Of a stretch of 64,000 nt of DNA, positions 10,818-22,423 are shown piece by piece. The position numbers were made by a program, and so were the translations under genes. This stretch comes from Pseudomonadota bacterium. GTDB taxonomy: Bacteria > Pseudomonadota > Alphaproteobacteria > GCA-2746255. The notes beneath the pieces were generated by a model. The model was not told the origin of the DNA and ran no database searches. It was given only the letters and a program-made list of their open reading frames with translations. The stretch spans positions 204,368 to 268,367 of the forward strand of contig JBFMHN010000002.1 in assembly GCA_040752895.1 (NCBI GenBank), in the 5' to 3' direction. Position 1 is the stretch's first letter, and the number at the start of each line of letters is the position of its first letter.

Positions 10818-11378
10818 GTGTCATCCGAAGCCGCCGGTGTTTCCGGTCTCGCCAATCGCTACGCCACCGCGCTCTTCGAGCTCGCCCATGAGCAGAAGTC
10901 GCTCGACGCCGTCGCCGCCGACTTGCGCGCGGTGGAGAAGATGATCGAGGAAAGCGGCGACTTCCATCGGATGGTCCGCAGCCCCGTCCTTTCCCGCGAG
11001 GAACAGGCGCGCGCCATCGGCGCGGTCGCCAAGGCGGCCGGCCTTTCCAGCCTGGCCGGAAAGTTCCTGGGCACCCTCGCCAAGAACCGCCGCCTCTTTG
11101 CACTGCCCGCCATGATCGGCGCCTTCCGCCGGCTCCTTGCCGATCACCGCGGCGAGGCGTCCGCCACGGTGACGGCGGCAAAGCCCCTGAACGAAGATCA
11201 ACTGTCCGCCATCCGGCAGGCCTTGAAACAGGCCGTCGGCAAGAACGTCTCCATCCACGCGCGGGTGGACCCGGGCCTGCTTGGCGGACTCATCGTGCAG
11301 CTTGGGTCCCGAATGGTGGACAACTCGCTGCGCTCGCAATTGGAACGCCTGAAAATCGTCATGAAGGGAAGCACGTAA
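10818..11378 (+). CDS. atpH: F1 ATP synthase subunit delta (OSCP)
   Basis: 186-aa GTG-start ORF (RYATALFELA...) immediately upstream of atpA. Stop and start abut at 11378/11379. Confidence 0.9.
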   Translation: MSSEAAGVSGLANRYATALFELAHEQKSLDAVAADLRAVEKMIEESGDFHRMVRSPVLSREEQARAIGAVAKAAGLSSLAGKFLGTLAKNRRLFALPAMIGAFRRLLADHRGEASATVTAAKPLNEDQLSAIRQALKQAVGKNVSIHARVDPGLLGGLIVQLGSRMVDNSLRSQLERLKIVMKGST

Positions 11379-12905
11379 ATGGAAATCGGGGCCGCGGAAA
11401 TCTCTGCCATCCTCAAGAAGGAAATCGCCGACTTCGGGACTGAAACCACGGTCAGTGAAGTCGGTCAGGTACTGTCTGTCGGTGACGGGATAGCCCGCGT
11501 CTATGGTCTCGACCGGGTCCAGGCCGGCGAAATGGTCGAATTCCCCGGCGGCATCCGCGGCATGGCGTTGAACCTGGAGGCGGACAACGTCGGCGTCGTC
11601 ATCTTCGGCGACGACCGCGGCATCCGCGAAGGCGACACCGTGAAACGCACCGGACAAATCGTCGAGGTGCCGGTCGGCAAGGGCCTGTTGGGCCGCGTCG
11701 TCGACCCCTTGGGCAACCCGCTCGACGGCAAGGGTCCAATTGAGGGAGAGCGCCGCCGCGTGGACGTGAAGGCGCCCGGCATCATCCCGCGCCGTTCCGT
11801 GCACGAGCCGATGCAGACGGGGCTGAAGGCGATCGACGCCTTGATTCCGATCGGCCGCGGCCAGCGCGAACTGATCATCGGCGACCGCCAGACAGGCAAA
11901 ACCGCCATCGCCATCGACGCGATCCTGAACCAGAAGGAAGCGCACGCGGGCAACGACGAGAAAAAGAAACTTTACTGCGTCTACGTCGCCATCGGCCAGA
12001 AGCGCTCGACGGTGGCCCAGATCGCCAAGACGCTGGCCGACAACGGCGCGCTTGACTACTCGATCATCGTCGCCGCCACCGCCTCGGAACCGGCGCCGCT
12101 TCAGTTCCTTGCTCCCTACGCGGGCTGCGCGATGGGCGAATATTTCCGCGACAACGGCACGCACGCCCTTATCATCTACGACGACCTTTCGAAGCAGGCC
12201 GTCGCCTATCGGCAAATGTCGCTTCTTCTGCGTCGGCCGCCGGGACGCGAAGCCTATCCGGGGGACGTTTTCTACCTTCACTCCCGCCTGCTCGAGCGGG
12301 CGGCGAAGATGAACGACGACAACGGCGGGGGCTCGCTGACGGCGCTGCCCATCATTGAAACCCAGGCCGGCGACGTTTCCGCCTATATCCCGACCAACGT
12401 GATCTCGATCACGGACGGCCAAATCTTCCTGGAGACGAACCTTTTCTACCGGGGCATCCGACCGGCCGTGAACGTCGGCCTTTCCGTGAGCCGCGTCGGC
12501 TCCGCCGCCCAGACCAAGGCGATGAAGCAGGTCGCCGGCACGATCAAGCTCGAACTTGCCCAGTACCGCGAAATGGAAGCCTTCGCGCAGTTCGGCTCGG
12601 ACCTGGACGCGGCGACCCAAAGGCTCTTGAACCGCGGCCGGCGCCTGACCGAGCTTTTGAAGCAGGGCCAGTACTCCCCGCTCGCCGCCGAAGAGCAGGT
12701 CGTCGTCATCTTCGCGGGCGTGCGGGGTTATCTCGACGGGATCAACGCCGCCGAGGTGACGCGCTTTGAAGAGTCGCTGCTTTCCGAGATCCGCGCGAAA
12801 GGGCAAGACATCCTGAAAGCGATCCGGGAAGAGAAGGTGATCTCCGATAAGACGGGGGCCGAACTTAAGGCCTTCCTCGACAGCTTCAGCAAGACGTTCG
12901 CCTAG
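11379..12905 (+). CDS. atpA: F1 ATP synthase subunit alpha
   Basis: P-loop GDRQTGKT and a highly conserved alpha-subunit sequence throughout. Confidence 0.98.
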   Translation: MEIGAAEISAILKKEIADFGTETTVSEVGQVLSVGDGIARVYGLDRVQAGEMVEFPGGIRGMALNLEADNVGVVIFGDDRGIREGDTVKRTGQIVEVPVGKGLLGRVVDPLGNPLDGKGPIEGERRRVDVKAPGIIPRRSVHEPMQTGLKAIDALIPIGRGQRELIIGDRQTGKTAIAIDAILNQKEAHAGNDEKKKLYCVYVAIGQKRSTVAQIAKTLADNGALDYSIIVAATASEPAPLQFLAPYAGCAMGEYFRDNGTHALIIYDDLSKQAVAYRQMSLLLRRPPGREAYPGDVFYLHSRLLERAAKMNDDNGGGSLTALPIIETQAGDVSAYIPTNVISITDGQIFLETNLFYRGIRPAVNVGLSVSRVGSAAQTKAMKQVAGTIKLELAQYREMEAFAQFGSDLDAATQRLLNRGRRLTELLKQGQYSPLAAEEQVVVIFAGVRGYLDGINAAEVTRFEESLLSEIRAKGQDILKAIREEKVISDKTGAELKAFLDSFSKTFA

Positions 12906-12929
12906 AACCAACCGATCGGATCGCACGGA

Positions 12930-15274
<2,345 letters not shown>

Positions 15275-15285
15275 GGAAACACGGC

Positions 15286-15699
15286 ATGGCTGAAACAGTC
15301 ACTTTCGAACTGGTCTCCCCGGAAAAGCTTCTGCTTTCCCGCGACGCGGCCTTCGTCGTCGTGCCGGGCGCGGAAGGGGATTTCGCTGTGCTTCCGGGGC
15401 ATGCGCTCTTTCTTTCGAGCCTGCGGCCCGGTGTTCTCGAAGTCCACGACGAAACGGATAAAGCGACCGCCCTTTTCGTTGCCGGCGGCTTTGCCGAGGC
15501 AACGCCCAAGCGTTGCACGGTTCTGGCCAGGGAGGCGATTCCCATGGAGGAGATGGACCGCGCCGAGATCGAAAAACGGCGGGGGGAAGCAAAGGAAGAC
15601 CTGGGCGCCCACCCCGACGACCGCGAAGCCGCGACCCTTCTCGCCACGGCGGAAGCCATGCTCGTCGCCCTCGACACCTGGGGAAAAACCCGCGCTTAA
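15286..15699 (+). CDS. atpC: F1 ATP synthase subunit epsilon
   Basis: 137 aa, FELVSPEKLL...VPGAEGDFAVLPGHA. Last gene of the atpHAGDC operon. Confidence 0.94.
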   Translation: MAETVTFELVSPEKLLLSRDAAFVVVPGAEGDFAVLPGHALFLSSLRPGVLEVHDETDKATALFVAGGFAEATPKRCTVLAREAIPMEEMDRAEIEKRRGEAKEDLGAHPDDREAATLLATAEAMLVALDTWGKTRA

Positions 15700-15780
15700 G
15701 CAAGGCGTTGCCTACTTTCCGCCGCCTTGGCATACCCCTCCCGGAAATCTATACTTTTCGAAAGAACAGGAAGGACGGCC

Positions 15781-16590
15781 ATGTCCGGGCACTGGACGCT
15801 TGACGATATTCCCTGGGAACGGTTCGACCCCACGAAGGTGGACCCCGACCTGCTTCGCGTCGCCAAGACCGCCAGTATGGTCGAACGCAACGCGGAGGAT
15901 TATGCGAACTATCTCTGCAACGTCTTTGACGACGATCCGGCGTTTCGGGAAGCCGCGCGCCACTGGGCGAAAGAGGAAGAGCAGCACGGCGAGGCGCTTC
16001 GTCGCTGGGCGGAAATGGCGGACCGGGACTTTGATTTTCAGAAGAGCTTCCGCCGTTTCACGGAAGGTTTCCGCATTCCGGTCGAGGCGGTCCGCTCCGT
16101 CCGCGGCTCGCGCACCGGCGAGCTGATCGCGCGCTGCGTCGTCGAGGTGGGGACCAGTTCTTACTACTCCGCCCTTGCGGACGCCTCGGACGAACCCGTC
16201 TTAAAGAAAATCTGCCAGAACATCGCGAGCGACGAGTTCCGCCATTACAAGCTTTTCTATACGCACATGAAGCGCTACCGCGCACAAGAACCCTTGAGCG
16301 CCTTCCATCGCCTTCGCATCGCCTTGGGACGCATGGTCGAGGCCGAGGACGACGAACTCGCCTTCGCCTACTTTTGCGCGAACGACGAGCCCGGCCCCTA
16401 TCAGCGCAAAAAAAGCAGCGCCGACTATATCGGCCGCGCATTCCGTTACTATCGGCCGCACCATATCGAACGCGCCATCGCGATGACGATGAAGGCGGCG
16501 ACGCTTCGCGTAAGCGACGGCGTGGTGCGGGGAATCGCCAAGATCGCCCACTGGGTCCTCCGGTGGCGGGTGAAGATGGTCTCCACCTGA
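15781..16590 (+). CDS. ferritin-like diiron-carboxylate family protein (function unknown)
   Basis: Two E-x-x-H motifs in helical context (WAKEEEQHGEAL and IASDEFRHYKLF). ATG at 15781 preceded by gaaggacgg. The upstream part of the track ORF (from 15727) is probably not coding. Confidence 0.7.
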   Translation: MSGHWTLDDIPWERFDPTKVDPDLLRVAKTASMVERNAEDYANYLCNVFDDDPAFREAARHWAKEEEQHGEALRRWAEMADRDFDFQKSFRRFTEGFRIPVEAVRSVRGSRTGELIARCVVEVGTSSYYSALADASDEPVLKKICQNIASDEFRHYKLFYTHMKRYRAQEPLSAFHRLRIALGRMVEAEDDELAFAYFCANDEPGPYQRKKSSADYIGRAFRYYRPHHIERAIAMTMKAATLRVSDGVVRGIAKIAHWVLRWRVKMVST

Positions 16591-16603
16591 AGCCTTCCGT
16601 CTT

Positions 16604-17101
16604 TTACTTTTTTTCCACAAAATTGCGGACGACCGGCGCGAAGGCCCGCACGAGTTCCTCATACAGGCGGCGCTTGAAGGGAACGATGACGTCGGGCAAT
16701 TCCTCAAGCGTTACCCATCGCCAGTCGTGAAACTCGGGCTCTTCGGTGCCGATCCGAATGTCCGAATCGCAACCCAGGAACCTGAAGACGAACCACTTTT
16801 GCTGCTGACCGCGGTATTTCCCGTTCCAGATCTTGTCCACAAGCGCGTCCGGTAAATCGTAGAAATACCACTCTTCGCTTTCGGCGACGATCTCCGCCCG
16901 GTCGGTGCCAACCTCTTCCAAAAGCTCGCGGAAGGCGGCTTCCGCCGGTGTTTCGCCCGCCTCAATACCGCCCTGAGGCATCTGCCAGGCTTCGCTCCGC
17001 ATGTCGATGCGGCTGCCGACGAAGACCTTGCCTGCCCGGTTGAAAAGCAGAATGCCGACGCCCGGCCGATAGGGAAGAGCCGCGGCTTTCTCTTGCGTCA
17101 T
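16604..17101 (-). CDS. rppH: RNA pyrophosphohydrolase (Nudix)
   Basis: Nudix box GGIEAGETPAEAAFRELLEEVG with the typical RppH N-terminus (YRPGVGILLFN). ATGA overlap with the upstream gene. Confidence 0.92.
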   Translation of the reverse strand: MTQEKAAALPYRPGVGILLFNRAGKVFVGSRIDMRSEAWQMPQGGIEAGETPAEAAFRELLEEVGTDRAEIVAESEEWYFYDLPDALVDKIWNGKYRGQQQKWFVFRFLGCDSDIRIGTEEPEFHDWRWVTLEELPDVIVPFKRRLYEELVRAFAPVVRNFVEKK

Positions 17102-18288
17102 CTCACCATCTTCTCGGCCGCGACCGCGCTTACCGGCACCAGCACGAAACCTTTCCTCTCCAGGGTCGGAATCCAGGCGGCCAGCCGCTCTAACGTCACC
17201 GGATAGGGAAAACCGATGCCGATCGCATGGCCCTGCACACGCGCCATGGTTTCAAGTGCGGCAAGTTCCTTGTCGATCGCCACGCGGGAGGCCTGGTTGT
17301 CGAGGAAGCGGTTGTTCTCCACCCACGGCAGACCAAGCTCCGCCGCCACCTCCGACACCAGGCTCCGTGAGGACGAGCGGCTGTCAAGAAAAAGAAGGCC
17401 GCGGCCTTTCAAGGCCTGCAACACCGGCTTAAGCGCCGCCTCCGAGGTTGTGAAACGCGACCCCATGTAGTTCGTGACACCGACATAGCCAGTCCCGCGG
17501 GAGAGCGTCCACTCCAGGCGATCGAGGTTGCGAGCCGGGCTTAAACTGGTGAGCAGGGTTTGGGGCCCGGGATCGTTGGCCGGGTAGTTGAGCGGCTCCA
17601 TCGGCAGGTTGAGGAGAACTTCGTGACCGGCGGCGCGCGCGAGTTCGACCCAGCGCGCAAGATTCTCCGCGTAGGGCGCGAAGGCAAGCGTAACGCCGCC
17701 GGGAAGCTGCTGGATGGCGGTTTCCGTCGCTGCGCCGCTCAGGCCGAGCCAGTTTATGGCGATCGCGATGCGCGGCCTCGTGTCCTTATGGTCGAACGGC
17801 CGGGCGTAAACCCGCCATGGCTCGCGGCCGTCCTTGCCGATCGCCGGCAGCGGGCCCTTCTGGCTTTCCTCGACGAGGCCGGGGTCCGGCGCCGGCTTCA
17901 GTACCATCGGCACCGGCGCGGGCAGGGCGGCCATTGTCTCTGTTTCCACCGGCGGGTGCGCACGTACAGGCGCAACTGGCGGCGCTTTTGTTTCTGGCGG
18001 CGCTTTTGTTTCTGGCGGCGCTGGCGGGCTTTCGACCGGCAGTTCCGGCGTTACGGCGGCGACGGCGGGCGGGCTTTCCGTTTCGGCCTCCGGCGCCGGC
18101 GGGAGCGGCGGCAGGGCAACCGTGACGCCGGCCGAGTACCCTCTGCGTTCCTCCAGCCGCACGTCGCCCATGACGAGAAGCCAGCCCGCGGCAACGCCGA
18201 CCCCAAGGATCAACGTACACCAAGCCCCCACCAGAAGCTTGCCGCCTGAAGGCTTCCCGGACCGATAGCGTGCTAGTGTCGCTGCCAT
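17098..18288 (-). CDS. divergent polysaccharide deacetylase family protein (YibQ-like), membrane-anchored
   Basis: N-terminal TM, a Pro/Ala-rich spacer, then the YibQ-type domain (RIAIAINWLGLS...GHEVLLNLPMEP...NYMGSRFT...LFLDSRSS...GHAIGIGFPYPVT). Confidence 0.85.
   Translation of the reverse strand: MAATLARYRSGKPSGGKLLVGAWCTLILGVGVAAGWLLVMGDVRLEERRGYSAGVTVALPPLPPAPEAETESPPAVAAVTPELPVESPPAPPETKAPPETKAPPVAPVRAHPPVETETMAALPAPVPMVLKPAPDPGLVEESQKGPLPAIGKDGREPWRVYARPFDHKDTRPRIAIAINWLGLSGAATETAIQQLPGGVTLAFAPYAENLARWVELARAAGHEVLLNLPMEPLNYPANDPGPQTLLTSLSPARNLDRLEWTLSRGTGYVGVTNYMGSRFTTSEAALKPVLQALKGRGLLFLDSRSSSRSLVSEVAAELGLPWVENNRFLDNQASRVAIDKELAALETMARVQGHAIGIGFPYPVTLERLAAWIPTLERKGFVLVPVSAVAAEKMVR
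17977..18022 (-). repeat. 18-bp in-frame tandem repeat (x2.5) in the Pro-rich spacer of the YibQ-like gene
   Basis: Plus-strand units tggcggcgcttttgtttc at 17977-17994 and 17995-18012, partial third to 18022. Encodes ...PPETKAPPETKAPP... on the minus strand. Confidence 0.9.
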
Positions 18289-18308
18289 GGGTTGGCGAAA
18301 CGATGCGT

Positions 18309-19601
18309 TTAGGATGGCGGCTGGCGAAGCCGCTCGGAATAAAGCGAAACGCCGCGGATGAGATCAAGCGCGCGCAGCAGTTGGTAGTCCTTCATTTCCG
18401 CGTCCTCCTTGCCCGTCTTTTCAGGGGCGGCAAGCCCGGGCTCTTCCGCTTCTTGCAAAAGCGCGCCCTCCAAATCTTTCTCGCGCAGCGGATTAAGGGC
18501 GGTCAGTTTTTCTATCCGCGCCTGTTCAACGAGGATATCCGGCTCGATCCCCGTCGCCTGAATGGAGCGTCCGGAGGGCGTGTAGTACCGCGCCGTCGTC
18601 AACCGTATCGCCCCATGCTTGCCCAGCGGGATAATGGTTTGCACGGACCCTTTCCCGAAAGAGCGCGTGCCGAGCACGATGGCGCGGTGATGATCCTGAA
18701 GCGCACCGGCGACGATTTCCGAGGCCGAGGCGGAGCCGCCATTGATCAGAACGACGATCGGCAGGCCGCCCACCAGATCCCCCGAGCGCGCGTTGAAGCG
18801 CTGGGCGTTTTCGGGCTGGCGGCCGCGCGTTGAAACGATCTCGCCCTTCTCAAGGAAGGCATCGGAAACGGCGATGGCCTGATCCAGAAGCCCGCCCGGA
18901 TTGTTCCGAAGGTCCAGTACGACGCCCTGCAGGTTCTTGCCCTTCTTTTTCTGGAATTCCTTGATTGCATCCGCAAGGGCGGACTCGGTTTGCTCGTTGA
19001 AGGAGGTGACGCGGACGTAGCCGATATCCCCTTCAAGGTGGGAGCGGACGGACTGAATCTTGATTCGGTCGCGCGTGACTGTTACCTCGATAGGGCCGCC
19101 TCCATCGCGGCGGATGGTAAGTTTGATTTTTGTCCCCACATCGCCGCGCATCTTCTCAACCGCCTGCGGCAGGGTCAGGCCAAGGACCGGCTTGTCATCC
19201 AGATGCGTGATGTAATCGCCGGCCTGAACCCCGGCGCGAAAAGCGGGCGTGTCGTCGATCGGCGAGACGACCTTCACCAGGCCGTTCTCCATCGTAACTT
19301 CGATGCCAAGGCCGCCGAATTCGCCGCGCGTGCGAATCTGCATGTCTTCGAAATCTTTCGGATTCAAATAGCCCGAATGCGGATCGAGCGAAACCAGCAT
19401 GCCGTTGATCGCCGATTCGATCAGTTTCGAATCCTCGATCTCGTCCACGTAGTTCGCGCGCGCGCGCTCGAAGACCTCCCCAAGCAAATTCAACTGCTGG
19501 TAGGTGTCGGTTAAGTCCTTTTCTTCTTTTTCCTTCGCGTCAACCGCTGCGGAAAACAAAAACGCCACTGTCAAGGTGACAGTCAGAACAAAAATACGCA
19601 T
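18309..19601 (-). CDS. ctpA: carboxy-terminal processing peptidase (S41)
   Basis: Signal peptide, PDZ region (GGLGIEV...GDYITHLDDKPV) and S41 catalytic region (GGSASASEIVAGALQDH...GTRSFGKGSVQ). Its start overlaps the stop of the upstream gene (TAATG). Confidence 0.93.
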   Translation of the reverse strand: MRIFVLTVTLTVAFLFSAAVDAKEKEEKDLTDTYQQLNLLGEVFERARANYVDEIEDSKLIESAINGMLVSLDPHSGYLNPKDFEDMQIRTRGEFGGLGIEVTMENGLVKVVSPIDDTPAFRAGVQAGDYITHLDDKPVLGLTLPQAVEKMRGDVGTKIKLTIRRDGGGPIEVTVTRDRIKIQSVRSHLEGDIGYVRVTSFNEQTESALADAIKEFQKKKGKNLQGVVLDLRNNPGGLLDQAIAVSDAFLEKGEIVSTRGRQPENAQRFNARSGDLVGGLPIVVLINGGSASASEIVAGALQDHHRAIVLGTRSFGKGSVQTIIPLGKHGAIRLTTARYYTPSGRSIQATGIEPDILVEQARIEKLTALNPLREKDLEGALLQEAEEPGLAAPEKTGKEDAEMKDYQLLRALDLIRGVSLYSERLRQPPS

Positions 19602-20713
19602 TATCCGCTAACCTTGCCTTTGCCTGCCGCCAGCCATGGCAGCGGGTTGATGGAATGGCCTTCGTGACGCAGTTCGATATAGAGGCTGGGCTTCCCCCCG
19701 TCAGGGTTTCCCATGGCCCCCACCGGCTCGCCGGCGAGCACCCATTGGCCAACGGCGGCGTCAATTCGGAATAATCCAGCCAATAGAGTATGATAACCCT
19801 CGCTGTGGCGGATGATCAAGAGCGGGCCATAGCCGCGAAAAGGGCCGGCGAAAACGACCTGGCCGTCGAAGGGGGCGATGACCTGGGCATGGGGCCGGGT
19901 CTCGACCGTAATTCCCTTGCTGGGCATGCCGAATTCCGTCGGTTCGTCGTAGAGGCGGGCGATCCGGCCGCGCGCCGGAAGCGGCAGCGTGCCGGCCGCC
20001 TGGCGAAAGGAAGGGACGCCGCTCTTGGGAAAGGGCGCCAGCGCCAGGCTTCGCGGCGCGCGTTCGAGACGCGCCAGAAGCTCGCGCAGGTCCTTCGCCT
20101 GGCCGGCGAGTGCGGCGAGGCGCGCCTGTTCCGCCTTGCTCTCCGTGCGCGTTTTTGCTTCCAGGGATTGCTTCTGCGTGAGCAGTTGGCCCAGGCGGTC
20201 GCGTTCCTTTTCAAGCGCGTTTTTTCCTTCGGCGAGGTCTCCTTGGCGGCGAACAATCTCCGCTTTCAGGCTCGCAAACACCGTCAATTCGCGGCGAAGC
20301 TCCGCCGCTTTCGATTCGATTCTCGGCACGGTAAAGCGGATCAGATTGATGCTGCGAACGGTGTCGATGGGCCGCAGCGGAAGCACGAGCAGCGTTTCCT
20401 TCGGTACGATCGCCAAACGCTCGAGGGCGGCGGTAACCTCGCCGAACCGCCGTTGCTGCTGCCACAACGCCTGGCGTTTCTCGACGAGTTGCCCCTCGAG
20501 GGTCTTGAGCCGCCCTTCGTGAGCAGAAACCGACTCCTCGCGTTCCTGGGCGCGGCGCGCCGTCGCGATCATTTCCTTGCGAATATTCCGAACGTTCTTC
20601 GCCAGCTCGGCCGCTTTCTTCTCAAGCGTTTGCTGGCGGCTGCGGCCCGCCTCCATCGCCCGTTCGACGTCGCGCAATTCCTGCCCGGGGTCCCCGGCGT
20701 GCGCTTCCGGCAA
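19601..20713 (-). CDS. EnvC-like murein hydrolase activator (coiled coil + M23/LytM domain); true start probably upstream of 20713
   Basis: Long coiled-coil region and a C-terminal LytM-type domain (GITVETRP...APFDGQVVFAGPFRGYGPLLIIRHSEGYHTLLAG...LYIELRHEGHSINPLPWL). A signal-peptide-like segment (VRLFAAGLVLSAGFA) is encoded in frame just upstream of the track's TTG start. Confidence 0.85.
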   Translation of the reverse strand: MPEAHAGDPGQELRDVERAMEAGRSRQQTLEKKAAELAKNVRNIRKEMIATARRAQEREESVSAHEGRLKTLEGQLVEKRQALWQQQRRFGEVTAALERLAIVPKETLLVLPLRPIDTVRSINLIRFTVPRIESKAAELRRELTVFASLKAEIVRRQGDLAEGKNALEKERDRLGQLLTQKQSLEAKTRTESKAEQARLAALAGQAKDLRELLARLERAPRSLALAPFPKSGVPSFRQAAGTLPLPARGRIARLYDEPTEFGMPSKGITVETRPHAQVIAPFDGQVVFAGPFRGYGPLLIIRHSEGYHTLLAGLFRIDAAVGQWVLAGEPVGAMGNPDGGKPSLYIELRHEGHSINPLPWLAAGKGKVSG

Positions 20714-20759
20714 CGCGAAACCCGCCGACAGGACAAGGCCCGCGGCGAACAGCCTTACC

Positions 20760-22364
20760 TTACGCCGTCGCCCGTCTTTCGGGTTTCGCGCGCGCGGCGG
20801 CAGGATCGGGAATGAGAAGCGAATGGCCCGTCATCTCCTTAGGCTTGGGAAGGCTTAAGAGTTCGAACAAAGTGGGGGCGACGTCCGCCAGCACGCCGTC
20901 GGTCAAACGGGCCGCCGGTCCGTTGATCAGCACGACCGGCACGCGATCGAGGGTATGCGCCGTGTGCGGCTCGCCGGTCTTGGCGTCCTGCATGCGCTCT
21001 ACGTTCCCGTGGTCGGCCGTGATTAGCAGCGCGCCGCCCGCCTCCCGGACGGCGGCGGCAAGCCTGCCCAGGCAGGCGTCCACCGCCTCGACCGCCCGAA
21101 TCGCCGCCTCGAGCTTGCCGCTATGGCCGACCATGTCGGTGTTCGCGTAGTTCACGACGATAAGATCGAAACGCCCCGCACCGACCGCCTCCACCAGGCG
21201 ATCGGTCACCTCGAAGGCCGACATTTCCGGCTTCAGGTCGTAGGTCGCAACCTTGGGCGAGGGCACCAGAATTCTTTCTTCACCCGCGTAAGGCCGTTCG
21301 CGACCGCCGTTCAGGAAGAAGGTCACGTGGGCGTATTTTTCCGTCTCCGCGATGCGGAGCTGGGTTTTTCCGGCCTTCGCCACGGCCTCGCCCAGCGTCC
21401 CCTCGGGCCTGGCGCAAGGAAAAAGAACGGTATGAAAGGCGTTCAATTCCTTGGCGTATTCCGTCAGGCCGGTCGCCGCGCAAAAGCGGATGGGCTTCGT
21501 CCGCAAAAACGCCTTGAAATCGGGGTCGAGCAGGGCGGCCAGAATCTGGCGGACACGGTCGGCGCGGAAGTTCCCCATCAGGACGCCGTCGCCGTCCCGC
21601 ATGCCCGCGTAATCGCCGAGAGCGACCGGTTCGACGAATTCGTCCGTCACGTTCTTCGCATAGCTGGCGTTGATCGCCGCCATTGGATCTTCGGCGCGCG
21701 GCCCCTTGCCTTCGACGAGGGCACGGTAAGCCTTCTCGATCCGTTCCCAGCGGTTGTCGCGGTCCATCGCGTAGTAGCGCCCCATGACGCTTGCCGCCCG
21801 CAAGCCCGCCACGTCTTTCGTCGCCGCAAGAAAGGCCTCGACATAGCCCAGGGCGCTTTTCGGCGGCGTGTCGCGCCCATCGAGAAAGGCGTGCAACGCC
21901 ACCGGCACGCCGGCGGCGTCCACGATCTTGGCCAGCGCCACGAGATGCGCCTGGTGGGAATGAACCCCACCCGGAGAGAGCAGTCCCATCAGGTGACAGG
22001 TGCCGCCGCTCGCCCGCAGTTTTGCGATGAAATCGCGGAGCGCCTCGTTTTCGGCAAGCCTTCCGCTTGCTACCGCCGCGTCGATGCGGGGCAGATCCTG
22101 GAGGACGATGCGGCCGGCGCCCAGATTCATGTGGCCGACTTCAGAATTTCCCATCTGGCCCGGCGGCAGGCCGACTTCGCCTTCCGAGGCCTGCAAAAGG
22201 GCGTGCGGAAAAGACGCCATGAAGCGGTCCCAGTTCGGCGTTTCGGCAAGCGCGATCGCGTTCATTTCGCGCCCCTCGCGGTGGCCCCAGCCGTCCAGGA
22301 TGCAAAGGACGACGGGACGGGGCGGATTTGCCTGCGTTCTTTCCTGCGTTCTTTCCTGCGTCAT
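20760..22364 (-). CDS. gpmI: 2,3-bisphosphoglycerate-independent phosphoglycerate mutase
   Basis: Starts at MTQERTQERTQANPPRPVVLCILDGWGH (ATG at 22364). Conserved iPGM motifs follow (MGNSEVGHMNLGAGR, ADHGN). The rest of the 755-aa track ORF is read-through across rlmH. Confidence 0.95.
   Translation of the reverse strand: MTQERTQERTQANPPRPVVLCILDGWGHREGREMNAIALAETPNWDRFMASFPHALLQASEGEVGLPPGQMGNSEVGHMNLGAGRIVLQDLPRIDAAVASGRLAENEALRDFIAKLRASGGTCHLMGLLSPGGVHSHQAHLVALAKIVDAAGVPVALHAFLDGRDTPPKSALGYVEAFLAATKDVAGLRAASVMGRYYAMDRDNRWERIEKAYRALVEGKGPRAEDPMAAINASYAKNVTDEFVEPVALGDYAGMRDGDGVLMGNFRADRVRQILAALLDPDFKAFLRTKPIRFCAATGLTEYAKELNAFHTVLFPCARPEGTLGEAVAKAGKTQLRIAETEKYAHVTFFLNGGRERPYAGEERILVPSPKVATYDLKPEMSAFEVTDRLVEAVGAGRFDLIVVNYANTDMVGHSGKLEAAIRAVEAVDACLGRLAAAVREAGGALLITADHGNVERMQDAKTGEPHTAHTLDRVPVVLINGPAARLTDGVLADVAPTLFELLSLPKPKEMTGHSLLIPDPAAARAKPERRATA
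22331..22361 (-). repeat. 12-bp in-frame tandem repeat at the extreme 5' end of gpmI
   Basis: Plus-strand cctgcgttcttt x2 plus a partial unit. Encodes M-TQER-TQER-TQ before the conserved core. Confidence 0.9.
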
Positions 22365-22423
22365 GGGGGGATATATAAGGGAAATCCGGGGCGAACGGTA
22401 GCCCGGGCCGGGAAACGCCGGCC

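Noticed and set aside
15700-15730. Hairpin after atpC (caaggcg-N15-cgccttg) as the atp operon terminator
   Set aside because: It has only a 7-bp stem with a 15-nt loop and no T-tract, which is too weak to call.
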